Positions 48,351-59,517 of a DNA stretch of 64,000 nt are shown one piece after another. How positions within the stretch are numbered: the first letter of the stretch is position 1; each line of letters opens with the position of its first letter. The position numbers were made by a program, and so were the translations under genes. The notes under the pieces are model-generated. The model ran no database searches and was not told where the DNA came from. It saw only the letters and a list, made by a program, of their open reading frames with translations. The DNA is from Candidatus Poribacteria bacterium. GTDB lineage: Bacteria > Poribacteria > WGA-4E > WGA-3G. The stretch covers positions 416,001 to 480,000 of the forward strand of contig CAXXUA010000005.1 in NCBI GenBank assembly GCA_963663765.2. Reading direction: 5' to 3'.

Positions 48351-51219
48351 AAAGGAAAAGTTTAACTTCGCTGATCGGCACATAGGTCCTTGGCCTGAGG
48401 ACGTTCAACAGATGCTGACAACACTCGGATATACTTCAATGGAAGCATTCATTGAGGATGTTGTCCCGTCAGATATACGTTTAACCTCCCCACAAAGTCT
48501 AAACATCGGTGAAAAAGCCAACTACTCTCAAGGTCTTTCAGAGGATGAAGTAGTTGAAGCATTAAAACACCTTGCGAGCCAGAATCAAGTTTACCGTTCC
48601 TATATCGGAATGGGTTACTATGACTGCTTCGTTCCCCCAGTCATCCAAAGAAACATCCTTGAAAATCCCGGTTGGTATACCCAATACACACCCTATCAAG
48701 CAGAAATTTCTCAAGGTCGTTTAGAAGCGTTGCTCAACTTCCAAACAATGGTGATAGATTTAACCGGACTGCCTGTCGCCAATGCTTCACTGCTTGATGA
48801 GGCTACTGCTGCAGCAGAAGCTATGGGAATGTGTTATGCAAATGTACCAAGTGAGATCAGTCGTATCTTTTTTGTATCAGAAACCTGCCATCCGCAAACA
48901 ATCGCTGTACTGCAGACACGTGCAGAACCCCTCGGCATTGAGTTAATTATCGGTAATCATTGGGATGTCAATTTTGACACACCAATATTAGGTGCAATCG
49001 TTCAGTATCCCGCAACGGACGGATCGATTTATGATTACCAACAATTCGCTGAACAGGTGCATGCAGCAGGTGGATTATTTGTTACTGCAACAGACCTTTT
49101 AGCACTCATGCTCTTGAAACCGCCAAGTGAATTCGGAGCAGACATTGCCATTGGCAACTCACAACGGTTTGGTGTTCCACTCGGATATGGGGGTCCGCAT
49201 GCAGCATTTCTCTCTACGCATGAAGAACTCAAACGCAGCATCCCTGGTCGGATTGCTGGTGTCTCACACGATGCAAACGGGAATCCTGCAATCCGTTTAG
49301 CACTCCAGACACGTGAACAACACATCCGACGCGAAAAGGCTACGAGCAACATCTGTACAGCACAAGTACTCCTTGCAGTGATGGCAGGTATGTATGCAGT
49401 TTATCATGGTCCTAAAGGACTTAGACAGATTGCTGACCGTGTCCATACGCTAACTTGTACTCTACGTAATGAACTTGATCAACTCGGTTTTCCTACTGGA
49501 GATACCCCCTGTTTTGATACACTCTATGTTAATGTTGGTACACAAAATATTAAAAAAATACTTAATACTGCTAAAGCAAAACAGGTCAATCTACGTGCAA
49601 TTGATTCATCACACATTGGTATTTCACTTGACGAAACTACGACACATGCTGATGTTGAAGACTTGATAAGACTCTTTCCAAATAATACTACTGAAAAACA
49701 AGACAACAAACCTATTGAAATTAATATCCCTAAAGAATTACGACGTACAACCCCATGTCTTACCCATCCTGTTTTCAATAGTTATCATTCTGAAACAGAG
49801 ATGCTCAGATATATCCATAGATTGCAAACGAAAGACCTTTCTCTCGTAAACGCAATGATACCACTCGGTTCTTGCACCATGAAACTCAACGCGACAACAG
49901 AAATGGTGCCTGTCACATGGCAAGAATTCGGGGGTTTGCATCCATTCGTTCCAAGTGAACAGGCACAAGGATATCATATCTTATTTGAACAGTTAGAAAC
50001 ATGGTTAGCAGAGATTACTGGTTATAGTGGTATTTCATTGCAACCAAATGCTGGCTCACAAGGGGAATATGCAGGATTGTTAGTCATCCGGAAATACCAT
50101 CAAAGTCGAAACGAAGACCATCGCGATGTGTGCCTTATACCAACATCAGCACACGGCACAAACCCCGCAAGTGCAGTTATGGCGGGTATGAAAGTTGTCG
50201 TCGTCGCATGTGATACAGAAGGTAACATTGATATAAATGATCTACAAGAAAAAGCTGAAGAAAATCAAGAAACACTTTCCGCAGCGATGATTACCTATCC
50301 TTCAACGCACGGTGTTTTTGAAGAGAATATCCATGAGATCTGTGCAATCGTTCATCAATACGGGGGTCAGGTATATATGGATGGTGCGAATCTCAATGCA
50401 CTTGTCGGATTGAGTCAACCTGCAGCCCTCGGTGCTGATGTCTGCCATCTCAATTTACACAAGACGTTCTGTATTCCACACGGAGGCGGCGGTCCAGGTA
50501 TGGGACCTATCGGTGTGAAGGCACATCTAACAAATTTCTTACCTAATCATCCTATCGTCAAAGTCGGGGGAACCCATGGAATTGGACCTGTGTCGGCAGC
50601 ACCCTGGGGAAGTCCAGGAATTCTACCTATCTCATGGACATACATTGCGATGATGGGAGCAGATGGACTTAAATATGCAACAGAAGTTGCTATCCTGAAT
50701 GCAAATTATATAGCCAAACAACTAGAAACACATTATCCTGTGCTTTACACAGGTAAAAATGGATTGGTTGCACATGAATGTATCATTGATTTACGCAACT
50801 ATAAGAAAACCGCAGGTATAGATGTAACGGATGTTGCAAAACGTCTCATGGATTACGGTTTCCACGCTCCTACAGTATCTTGGCCCGTTCTCGGTACAAT
50901 GATGATTGAGCCTACTGAAAGCGAATCTAAAGAAGAAATTGATCGTTTCTGTGATGCTCTTATTGCTATACGTGAAGAAATCGCAGAAATTGAAAATGGC
51001 AATGCAGACAGAGATGATAATGTCTTGATAAACGCTCCACATACTGTAGAATCAGTTACACAAACTGACTGGGATCATCCCTATTCACGTGAAAAAGCTG
51101 CATTTCCAAAACCTTGGGTACGACAAAGAAAATTTTGGTCTTCAGTTGCACGAATTAACGAAGTTCATGGAGACAGAAACCTTGTTTGTTCCTGTCCACC
51201 ACTCGCAGAATACGAATAA
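48343..51219 (+). CDS. gcvP: Glycine dehydrogenase (single-chain P protein)
   Basis: [31 protein letters not shown] and HLNLHKTF motifs; ATG 48343 follows a GAGG RBS. Confidence 0.96.
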   Translation: MLEKEKFNFADRHIGPWPEDVQQMLTTLGYTSMEAFIEDVVPSDIRLTSPQSLNIGEKANYSQGLSEDEVVEALKHLASQNQVYRSYIGMGYYDCFVPPVIQRNILENPGWYTQYTPYQAEISQGRLEALLNFQTMVIDLTGLPVANASLLDEATAAAEAMGMCYANVPSEISRIFFVSETCHPQTIAVLQTRAEPLGIELIIGNHWDVNFDTPILGAIVQYPATDGSIYDYQQFAEQVHAAGGLFVTATDLLALMLLKPPSEFGADIAIGNSQRFGVPLGYGGPHAAFLSTHEELKRSIPGRIAGVSHDANGNPAIRLALQTREQHIRREKATSNICTAQVLLAVMAGMYAVYHGPKGLRQIADRVHTLTCTLRNELDQLGFPTGDTPCFDTLYVNVGTQNIKKILNTAKAKQVNLRAIDSSHIGISLDETTTHADVEDLIRLFPNNTTEKQDNKPIEINIPKELRRTTPCLTHPVFNSYHSETEMLRYIHRLQTKDLSLVNAMIPLGSCTMKLNATTEMVPVTWQEFGGLHPFVPSEQAQGYHILFEQLETWLAEITGYSGISLQPNAGSQGEYAGLLVIRKYHQSRNEDHRDVCLIPTSAHGTNPASAVMAGMKVVVVACDTEGNIDINDLQEKAEENQETLSAAMITYPSTHGVFEENIHEICAIVHQYGGQVYMDGANLNALVGLSQPAALGADVCHLNLHKTFCIPHGGGGPGMGPIGVKAHLTNFLPNHPIVKVGGTHGIGPVSAAPWGSPGILPISWTYIAMMGADGLKYATEVAILNANYIAKQLETHYPVLYTGKNGLVAHECIIDLRNYKKTAGIDVTDVAKRLMDYGFHAPTVSWPVLGTMMIEPTESESKEEIDRFCDALIAIREEIAEIENGNADRDDNVLINAPHTVESVTQTDWDHPYSREKAAFPKPWVRQRKFWSSVARINEVHGDRNLVCSCPPLAEYE

Positions 51220-51277
51220 ACATATATCACAAAAGGTAGAATGTTCTAACTAAGAACCTACAAGAAAAATACCAAAC

Positions 51278-52651
51278 ATGAAAGCAGTCATCATAGGTGC
51301 AGGTGAAGTCGGATTTCACACTGCCAAATTGCTAACAGCAGAAAAAAACGATGTCGTCTTGATAGACGAATCAGAAGAAGCCTGTCAACGCGTAAACGAG
51401 CAACTGGATTTGCAGACATTGTGCGGTTCTGGTGCATCCCCAGTATTGCTAAAAAAGGCTGGAATCAGTGATGCCGAACTTATCATTGCTGTTACGAACA
51501 GTGATGAAATCAATATGCTTGCATGCCAAATTGCTGAACGTTATCAAGTAGAAACAAAAATCGCACGTGTTTCAAATCCAGATTATTTTTCAGATGAAAG
51601 CGGGTTGACACCGCAAGATTTCGGTATTAACTTGCTTGTTAATCCTGAAAGACTCTGCGTTGAGGAGTTTATACGTCTCCTAAAAACACCTGAAGCTCGA
51701 GAAATTGTTGAATTTGAAGATGGAAGAATACAACTCGCGGCATTTCGCATAAGAGCGAAAAATCCATTTATTGGAAAATCTCTTATGGAATTAGATAAGG
51801 ATGGAGTGGTTTCTGATGTGCGTTTTGCAGCAATAAAAAGACGGGGTGAAAAAGATGTCATCATACCGAGAGGGAATGATGTACTCAGACAAGGAGATGA
51901 TGTTTTTGTCATTGGTAGTGCATTCGCAATTGAACAATTGTTCAGATTGTTCGGGATATTTTTCAACACACATCTGCATCGTGTTGTAATTGTTGGTGCA
52001 AGTACCATAGGAATTGAACTTGCACGTGAACTTGAAGGGAACGGTACTGATGTAAAACTGATTGAATCCGATGAGAAACTTGCCGAACTGGCTTCACAAA
52101 CCTTAAAAAGAACAACTGTTCTTCATGGTAATTACCTACAATTTCATTTGTTAGAGGAAGCTGGGATTGAAGAAGCAAATGGATTTGTTTCGGTTACAGG
52201 GGATGACGAAAATGATATTATGGCATGCATGACTGCAAAGGAGCACGGCGCACAACGCGCACTAGCTTTAATCCAACAACCGCGTTACCTTCCGCTGCTC
52301 AATCGTATACCACGTTTAGATGGTGCAGTCAGTAGACATCTGACCGTTGTTAGTAACCTTCTACGTCTCATCCGTCGTGGAAATATTGTCTCTGTTGCTT
52401 CACTTCACGAAATTGATGCCGAAGTAATTGAAATCATTACGGGTGTTAACGCGAAAATCGCGCATAAAGAAATCAGCACTTTGAGAAACAAACTACCAGA
52501 CAATGCATTTATTGGTGCAATACTCCGGCGCGAAAAACTCATTATTCCACATGGTGACACAGTGATCCAACCTGCCGATCGTGTTATTGTCTTCAGTATG
52601 CCGGACGCAATCGCTGTTGTTGAAGATATGTTCGCTACACGTAGGGTGTGA
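51278..52651 (+). CDS. trkA: Trk system potassium uptake protein TrkA
   Basis: Two RCK N/C pairs; GAGEVG and VTGDDENDI motifs. Confidence 0.92.
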   Translation: MKAVIIGAGEVGFHTAKLLTAEKNDVVLIDESEEACQRVNEQLDLQTLCGSGASPVLLKKAGISDAELIIAVTNSDEINMLACQIAERYQVETKIARVSNPDYFSDESGLTPQDFGINLLVNPERLCVEEFIRLLKTPEAREIVEFEDGRIQLAAFRIRAKNPFIGKSLMELDKDGVVSDVRFAAIKRRGEKDVIIPRGNDVLRQGDDVFVIGSAFAIEQLFRLFGIFFNTHLHRVVIVGASTIGIELARELEGNGTDVKLIESDEKLAELASQTLKRTTVLHGNYLQFHLLEEAGIEEANGFVSVTGDDENDIMACMTAKEHGAQRALALIQQPRYLPLLNRIPRLDGAVSRHLTVVSNLLRLIRRGNIVSVASLHEIDAEVIEIITGVNAKIAHKEISTLRNKLPDNAFIGAILRREKLIIPHGDTVIQPADRVIVFSMPDAIAVVEDMFATRRV

Positions 52652-52815
52652 TTGATAACTTCCAAATCCCATACTAAGTTAGTATATACAGATATATATT
52701 GTGAATTATATAGGAAGAATATACATCTAACAATTTGGATAGTTAATGAAACAGTTCTTATCTGGGACAGGGATAAATTCACAAAGAAAATGATGACTAA
52801 CAATATAGGAAATTG

Positions 52816-54807
52816 ATGATGAAAAAAAGTCTTTTACTTTATACCTTACTTCTACTGAATATATCTATATCCTCTATCAGTTATGCACAAGACAACACAC
52901 AGACAGGCTTACCTGAAGGTGCAATTGCACGCATTGGAAAAGGTGGAATCAATATCATGCGATTCTCAGCAGATGGCAAGTACCTTGCAGTGGGTACGGA
53001 TGTTGGTGTATGGATATATGATATTCATGAAGGTAATGAAACTGGTTTGTTCACAGGTAAACCCGGGCAAGTTAATGCACTGGCATTCTCAAAAGATGGT
53101 ACAGTTCTTGCAAGTAGTGGTTATGAAAGTCGGATAATTCAGATGTGGAACTTAGTCACTGGTGAAAAACGGAATCATATTGAGTTGGATAAAAGGTCAG
53201 ATTCAGTTTCGGCATTAGAGATCAAAGAAAAAATACTCATCAGCACTGATCGAATAGGCAAACTAACCTATTTCAATGTTGATTCAGGTCAAGTATTAAC
53301 AGAATCTAAGGATGTTGGTTTTCATGATTCGATTGCATTCTCTGAAGATGGTAACAATTTTGCATTAGGTGTACGCGGTGGTCGAATACATTATTGGGAT
53401 GTAACATCGGTCAAGAAAGAAAAAACACTATTAGGTCATGCGAACTTATTCAATAGAGGCGAAAATACAATTAATGCTTTGGCAATTTCCCCTGATGGGG
53501 GAATCATTGCAAGTGGAAGCGAAGACAAAACCGTGCAGCTTTGGGATACCCGGAATTATAAACTTCTCTCACGACTAAAAGGACATAGTGGATGGGTTAC
53601 CTCGCTTGCTTTTTCAAAAGATGGGAAACTACTTGCAAGTGGAGATGCTCAGAAGACAATAAAACTCTGGGACGTGGAATCCAAGAAGTTAACAGAAACT
53701 ATAATCGGGCATAATAACACCATAAATGCATTAGCTTTTGTACCTGAAGGAACGCATCAGTACAGTGGGTGTCTTGCAAGTGGGAGTGCTGATGGAACTA
53801 TCCGTTTTTGGAATCCGAATACTGGAGAAGAAATCACTATCTTTACGACAGGACATACAGAGTGGGTAAAAGCATTAGCCTTTTCTGAAAATGACACAAC
53901 CCTTGCAAGTGCTGTCTTCAATGGTACAGTAGAGTTGTGGAGTCTACAGACAATGCAAGAACTTACCACCTTTACTATGGGTCTTAGTGATGCAACTGAT
54001 AGTGTGAAGTTATCACCAAATGCTAAGTACTTTGTCTGTCGTGGAAGTACAGGAATGATTGCATTTAATTCTTTAGGATACGGGGTGCGTAGTAGTAGTA
54101 GAATGGATGACAAGTATAAAATATGGGAAATTGCATCTGGTAATGAATTGCAAATTCCGATTCAGCAGCGTTCTTTTGCACGTACACTCCCCACTTTTTC
54201 ACCAAATAGTGATATGATTGCCGCAAATGATCGTCAAGAAATTAGCATTTTACATTTTGAAACTGGTACTGAGTTGTTTCGTATGAAACCGCGTCAGTCA
54301 ATACATCGTGGACAACTTGTATTTTCACATGATGGGAAAAAATTTGCTGCAGTTAGGCATCATAACAGACCTCAGGTGTGGGATATTACCACGCAGAAGG
54401 AGATTACTCCTGCAGGTGTTGGTATATCAGAAAATCTTGCGTTTGCTCCAGATGGGAAAACATTCGCGTCTGCTAGTCCACAGAGTATTTCTCTATGGAA
54501 ATTTGAGGCAAACAATAAGAATTCTCACAGAAAACTAACTCAAACATTCTGGAGGATATCTGAAGCAATAACATTTTCTCCCGATGGAAAAGTCCTTCTT
54601 GGTACCGACAGAAAACGTATTAAGTTAGTAAGTGTAGAAACAGGAAAGTTCATCGGAAGTCTTACAGGTCATACGGAACCGATTGAGTCATTAGTGTTTT
54701 CACACAATGGTAAAACACTTGCAAGTGGAAGTCAAGATGGGACGGTAATGTTGTGGGATTGGGAAAAGATCATTAACGACGAATTATATAATCAACAATT
54801 GCGATAG
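52816..54807 (+). CDS. Secreted WD40-repeat protein
   Basis: Signal peptide; LPEGAIARIGKG start of the propeller; paralog of the WD40 half of 22769-26137. Confidence 0.88.
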   Translation: MMKKSLLLYTLLLLNISISSISYAQDNTQTGLPEGAIARIGKGGINIMRFSADGKYLAVGTDVGVWIYDIHEGNETGLFTGKPGQVNALAFSKDGTVLASSGYESRIIQMWNLVTGEKRNHIELDKRSDSVSALEIKEKILISTDRIGKLTYFNVDSGQVLTESKDVGFHDSIAFSEDGNNFALGVRGGRIHYWDVTSVKKEKTLLGHANLFNRGENTINALAISPDGGIIASGSEDKTVQLWDTRNYKLLSRLKGHSGWVTSLAFSKDGKLLASGDAQKTIKLWDVESKKLTETIIGHNNTINALAFVPEGTHQYSGCLASGSADGTIRFWNPNTGEEITIFTTGHTEWVKALAFSENDTTLASAVFNGTVELWSLQTMQELTTFTMGLSDATDSVKLSPNAKYFVCRGSTGMIAFNSLGYGVRSSSRMDDKYKIWEIASGNELQIPIQQRSFARTLPTFSPNSDMIAANDRQEISILHFETGTELFRMKPRQSIHRGQLVFSHDGKKFAAVRHHNRPQVWDITTQKEITPAGVGISENLAFAPDGKTFASASPQSISLWKFEANNKNSHRKLTQTFWRISEAITFSPDGKVLLGTDRKRIKLVSVETGKFIGSLTGHTEPIESLVFSHNGKTLASGSQDGTVMLWDWEKIINDELYNQQLR

Positions 54808-54860
54808 TTTTTCTACAATTTAGTTTTTTGGTATCATTATATATTCATCATTTTATTCTG

Positions 54861-55103
54861 CTAATAGATGATGCATTGTCCATCAGTGCAAACGCTTCCT
54901 GCCTTTTGCGTAGCGTCGCCAGCCATATTTTCTTCCTCAGCAGATTCAAATTCCGAAATTAGAGATACAGATTCATTAGATGGTTCTGATATATTGAACT
55001 GTAGCGAATCGTTATCAGTGAAGGTTAATGAACATCCTGCTAATATGACAACAGCAACTATCACACAAGTTACTAATAGAAGGTTACTCCATTGAATTTT
55101 CAT
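54861..55103 (-). CDS. Small lipoprotein with a C-terminal CTDGQC motif
   Basis: Lipobox LAGC; acidic linker; starts 4 bp after the DUF362 gene. Confidence 0.7.
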   Translation of the reverse strand: MKIQWSNLLLVTCVIVAVVILAGCSLTFTDNDSLQFNISEPSNESVSLISEFESAEEENMAGDATQKAGSVCTDGQCIIY

Positions 55104-55107
55104 AAGT

Positions 55108-56220
55108 CTATACCTCTATTTTCTGAAGATTCACTTGTTCCAGTGAATTCATTCCTAATCCAAGTCTTGCTGCCGAACTGATGTGGTTAGCAAATTTTGA
55201 CATTGAATTCAACCCCATTTCTTCACGTTTCTGATTGACAGTTTGTAGTATTAAGACATCAAGAATAACTGGATCTTGACTGACAAACATTCCTCCATAC
55301 TGCCATGTGCTTTCAGCGTGATATAAGGGGCCACGGTCATAAGATGCTACTAAACCATCAACGATGTTGAGGACGACCTTATCTTTTAGCACTATATTCT
55401 CAAAGATTTCTCCGATTGCAGGGTTACAGTAAAGTGGTTTCCCATGAAATCTGCGAGTGTTATCAACACTGCCGAAAGCTATGTTCTTTAGACATCCACT
55501 CACACCTGCCATATCATGATGTTTCAGCACAGGGACGTTTACTATAACATCTACCATTTCCGTTACAATCCGTGAATATCGGGAACGTGTGCTTTCATTT
55601 TCTCGTCTGGTAATGCTGTCCTTTTCAGTTTCATAATAGACATCATCATCGTAACCGATATCGGGTAGGTCAGATGAAAGCGTACGAACAGTTGCTTCAT
55701 CGGTCTTGATAGGATACCCCGCATTTAGCAGGTGTTTTTCAAAGCGGTCCCAAATAATAATCTGTTTTTTTAGAACGCCAGCATTGAATAGACCATCAAT
55801 GATTTTGTCAACGATAATGGCATGTGTGCTTAATTGTGGACCTGCGATTGGGTTAACTTTTATACCAACGACTTGGTCTGGTAGGACGATTTCTCGCCAT
55901 GCCTCTTTCGCGGATTCGCGATCGGTGAGTTTCATCAATGCTTGATCAACCATTTCACCGACAGCATCCTCATTGAGTTGGTCTTCTTCCCAGACATTTT
56001 TCCCGAGAACTTCCACAGCTGGTGTTAGATCTGTAGCTTTTGGTTGAATGACAGGTACTTTTCCACCAATCTGTGCGAAAGCAGGGAGTGTAGTCAGTGC
56101 TACCCCACCAATTGTACCAATTTGACCAAGGAATTGCCGTCTGTTGAATTTGTCTTGATTGCGAAATGTCTCTTCGCTATCTGTGAGAATATTTGCAATA
56201 ACTTTATCATCTGTTTTCAT
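55108..56220 (-). CDS. Tat-exported DUF362-domain protein
   Basis: NRRQFL twin-arginine signal; VGIKVN, NVPVLKHH..AGVSGCLKN.AFG, IVDG and DPV.LD motifs. Confidence 0.8.
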   Translation of the reverse strand: MKTDDKVIANILTDSEETFRNQDKFNRRQFLGQIGTIGGVALTTLPAFAQIGGKVPVIQPKATDLTPAVEVLGKNVWEEDQLNEDAVGEMVDQALMKLTDRESAKEAWREIVLPDQVVGIKVNPIAGPQLSTHAIIVDKIIDGLFNAGVLKKQIIIWDRFEKHLLNAGYPIKTDEATVRTLSSDLPDIGYDDDVYYETEKDSITRRENESTRSRYSRIVTEMVDVIVNVPVLKHHDMAGVSGCLKNIAFGSVDNTRRFHGKPLYCNPAIGEIFENIVLKDKVVLNIVDGLVASYDRGPLYHAESTWQYGGMFVSQDPVILDVLILQTVNQKREEMGLNSMSKFANHISSAARLGLGMNSLEQVNLQKIEV

Positions 56221-56825
56221 CAGAGTTTACCTAATTCTGTGAGGATTGTTGCTGTTGGAACGCGTGTATTTTGTGAATCAATAGACTTCCAAGCGATCTT
56301 TCCATCCGTTGATATAATAAAGGCTGCAGGTCTTGCTATTGATGTGTCAGTTTGATCAAGCACATTATACGCATTTATAACATCTTTGTCTGCATCAGCA
56401 AGTACTGGAAAACTGAGACCGATTTTTTCTATTGTCCCTTTTGTTGTATCCACATCTTCAGAACTGATAGCGAATAATTCTGCATCGGCAGTTTGGATGT
56501 TCTCATAATTGTCTTGCAACTCGCCGAGTTGTGTCTGACAAATTCCTCATCCACCCGTGCGATAAAAAACGACGACCACTTTTTTGGTGCCGATATAGTC
56601 TTGTAGGTTGTGAGTTTCACCGTATCCATCAGGTAATTCAAATGTAGGAGCAGTAATACCTATGGGTAAACCATCACCAACTGGTAATTCCTCAGAGTCA
56701 TCACCCGAATCAATCAGCTCCATATTCTGTATTACTTCCTCAGTTACAGGATCGTCGGTTGAGGTACAACTAAATACTCCCATGAGTAATAATACAAATG
56801 AAAAATAAACTATAGTTTGTTTCAT
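56220..56825 (-). CDS. AhpC/TSA (peroxiredoxin-like) selenoprotein lipoprotein, UGIC motif (Sec93), 201 aa
   Basis: In-frame TGA at 56547-56549 joins two track ORFs: VVVFYRTGG-U-GICQTQLGELQ; SECIS-like hairpin at 56509-56541. Confidence 0.88.
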
Positions 56826-56854
56826 AGTTACTCCTCATACTCATCTGTTATTAG

Positions 56855-56960
56855 AACCTATCTCATAAATAAGTATTTTAGATTCAACGGGCGGGGAAAC
56901 CCCACCCCTACAATGTTAACGATAGAGAACAATCCAATATTTGGATTTATGAGATACGCT
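56855..56960. mobile_element. MITE family B copy with a different REP cargo, TSD TTAG
   Basis: AACCTATCTCATAAAT...ATTTATGAGATACGCT flanked by TTAG on both sides. Confidence 0.75.
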
Positions 56961-56969
56961 TTAGATATA

Positions 56970-58073
56970 TCAAAGTTTACCTAATTCTGTGAAAATATCC
57001 TGAATAGGCACTCTATGACTGGTACCTCCAAGGAATTTGGATACAATTGTTCCTTGTGGGTTTAATATATAGGTAGAAGGTCTGGCGATTCTGGTATTAC
57101 CTCTATCAACAACGTTATATGTCTTGATAACATCCAAACTACCGTCAGAAAGTACTGTGTAGTCAAGTCCTTCATTTTGTACAGTATTTTTAGTAGTTGA
57201 TATGTTATCAGAACTGATAACGATGAGTTCTCCACCTGCAGATTTAATTTCATTGTAGTTCTGTTGCAACTCAACGAGTTGCTCTACGCAAAACGGTCAC
57301 CAGCTACCTCTATAGAAGATCAGTACGACGTTATTGTCTGATGTATAGTCAGAGAGCGAATGTTGTGCACTGTTTCCATCAGGTAATTCAAAATCCGGTG
57401 CGATGCTTCCAACGACTAATCCTTCACCTGGACCGAGCGTAACAGGGTCAGGAATTTTTGTCAGTTGAATAGTCAAATCATAGATCTGATCCGCGCTGAG
57501 GGGTTGTATGACTATCTCACTATCTTCATAGTCTTCATGCGATATATTTAGTGTAATAATCTGATCGATAGGAAGATTTTCAAAAGAAAATACCCCTTCA
57601 TTATTTGTTAGTGCAGACATATTTTCTTCATCTTCCGTAGTAAGTTGCACAAGTATATTTGCCAGTGGATTGCCAGAGTCAATATCAGCTAATACTCCCG
57701 ATATATGAGATACTGGTTCTGTTAGTACTACAAGCACAGTCTGTACCAAAGATACAATTTCATCTGCGAAAACTGTTGCATTCAACTCTGTCATCTCATA
57801 CCCTTGTGCAGAAATTTGAATTGTATAATCTCCTTCCTCAAGCTCGGTAAATTCGTAAGTCGAATCCGTCTCAACTTGTCCTATAAGTTCTCCTGCTTTC
57901 AGTATACGGACCTGAATTGATGCACCGTCAATTGATTGTACTTCACCAGAAATGGATCCCGTTTGAATAAAGCTTTTGTCAATTACATCTTCATCAACGT
58001 CTTCTGTTGTTCCACATCCGTATGCAATTAGCATCAAGCATGTTAAAGCAAGAAGTGTAAGTGTTCGTTTCAT
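56970..58073 (-). CDS. Lipoprotein with two carboxypeptidase-regulatory-like beta-sandwich domains fused to an AhpC/TSA selenoprotein domain, UPFC motif (Sec259), 367 aa
   Basis: In-frame TGA at 57297-57299: LIFYRGSW-U-PFCVEQLVELQ; SECIS-like hairpin at 57258-57294; lipobox AYGC; GAGG RBS before ATG 58073. Confidence 0.88.
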
Positions 58074-58186
58074 GAGTATTATCCTCAATTATTTTTATAT
58101 ATGATTTTCATAAGTTCCACTTTTAACATTTTCTATTTTTTGTAAAATGGATATGTTTTTTGAACCAGGTTTTACAAGATTTTGAG

Positions 58187-58678
58187 TCAGGCGATAAAAT
58201 GCAAATTATCATCAGACACATTAATAGACCCATCAATTCTTGAATTTGTTTCGGCACTATTACGCAGATAGATAGATACTGTATTACCCGAGCCACCGTT
58301 CCAAATAAGATACCATGGTAATACTTGTGTTGTGTCTTCATAATTCTTACCTACAAGAGAACCACCGACTTTTGTCCCTTTGTAGTTGAGCGTAATAGAA
58401 AATGAAGTTCCAATAGGAAATCCAAGAGAGTCTGCATGGGGAACTTCAACCCAATCATCTGTTCCATCAAATTCCAATGCCTTCCCGAACACACCATCAA
58501 CCAACTTTGCGCCGTGGATAGTGCCATCATTACCGTTGTCGGATGAATCGGTTGCTACACCTGCCGAATCCCTATTAAACAACCACATCCCCATGATATT
58601 ATCTAAATCAATTGCTGCATAGGCTGGGAGTGTTATTACACAGATTGTTAAAAGCATTAGTATAGTCTTTTGTATCAA
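58187..58678 (-). pseudogene. LamG/concanavalin-A-like secreted protein, apparently C-terminally truncated
   Basis: GMWLF...ATDSS.NGNDG.I.GA..VDG.FGKALEFDG.DD.VEV N-terminus; stops at LHFIA in mid-domain. Confidence 0.6.
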
Positions 58679-58762
58679 AATATTTTTCCCTCCAATTGAA
58701 ATTTGCTACCTTGATAGTATATCATAATACGTTTTATAAAGTCAAAAAATTTTCAACAAAAG

Positions 58763-59368
58763 CAGGGTTATTCAGTTTTTGGTATTTTTGGCAAATATGT
58801 TAACATACTTTAATATGTTTGTTTGTATATTGTCGGATTGATATTACCTTAGTCTGAACCAGGATTTAAAAATCAAGAAATCAACGGTATGAATGCTATA
58901 TAGCATTCCCCGGGTATGAATGCCTTATGGCATTCCCCGGGATTTACAGATTTTCAGGATTAGAGTTTTATGCCGTTGATTTCGATTGAAAAGATAGACT
59001 TTCCCTCAGCAGAAACGCTTGATGCGGTAAATCTTGGAAATCCGTAAATCCTGCTAATCCTGGTTCAGACAATCGGGGTTACAAACCCCTCCCACAAGAA
59101 TCCATTTCGGACAATTGAATAACCCTGGGGTACGACAGAAAGATTTGACAAGTAATTGTTAGTGGTAATCTGTAAATCCTGCTAATCCTGGTTCAGACTA
59201 TCGGGGTTACAAACCCCTCCCACAAGAGAAACCCTCCAACACAGTCGGGGTTGAAAACCCCTCACACAAAAGAAAATACCAACACTTTTTTCTTAAATTG
59301 ACGCTCATGGTGAGGTTTCCTAACCGCACTGACCATCGTAAAAAAAGATAGATCCAGTTAATTTGGTA
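58763..59368. repeat. Mosaic of nested repeats: family-D MITE (58763-59127), GTCTGAACCAGG element (58852-59070), REP hairpins and an inverted family-E MITE (59277-59368)
   Basis: CAGGGTTATTCA...TGAATAACCCTG; about 52-bp direct repeat near 59044 and 59172; homology to 17431-17518. Confidence 0.7.
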
Positions 59369-59517
59369 TCACCTCAGGCATCGGTGCTATCCGTGTAATC
59401 TTGTATCTGTATTTTGTTAGATTTGCAGATTGTATGAATTGACGAAAAATAACTGTTTGACTGCAAGCAACAATTCATGCAATAATAGCACATACAATAA
59501 GACAATCAAGAAATAAT

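Noticed and set aside
34721-57299. Genome-wide TGA reassignment (Trp or Gly) as the explanation for in-frame TGAs
   Set aside because: Many complete genes end normally in TGA (mazG, nfi, gcvH, trkA), Trp is coded by TGG, and the read-through TGAs occur only at Cys-motif positions.
58175-58189. TGA ending the LamG ORF as selenocysteine
   Set aside because: It is not a Cys-motif position, a TAA follows after four codons, and there is no SECIS-like hairpin.
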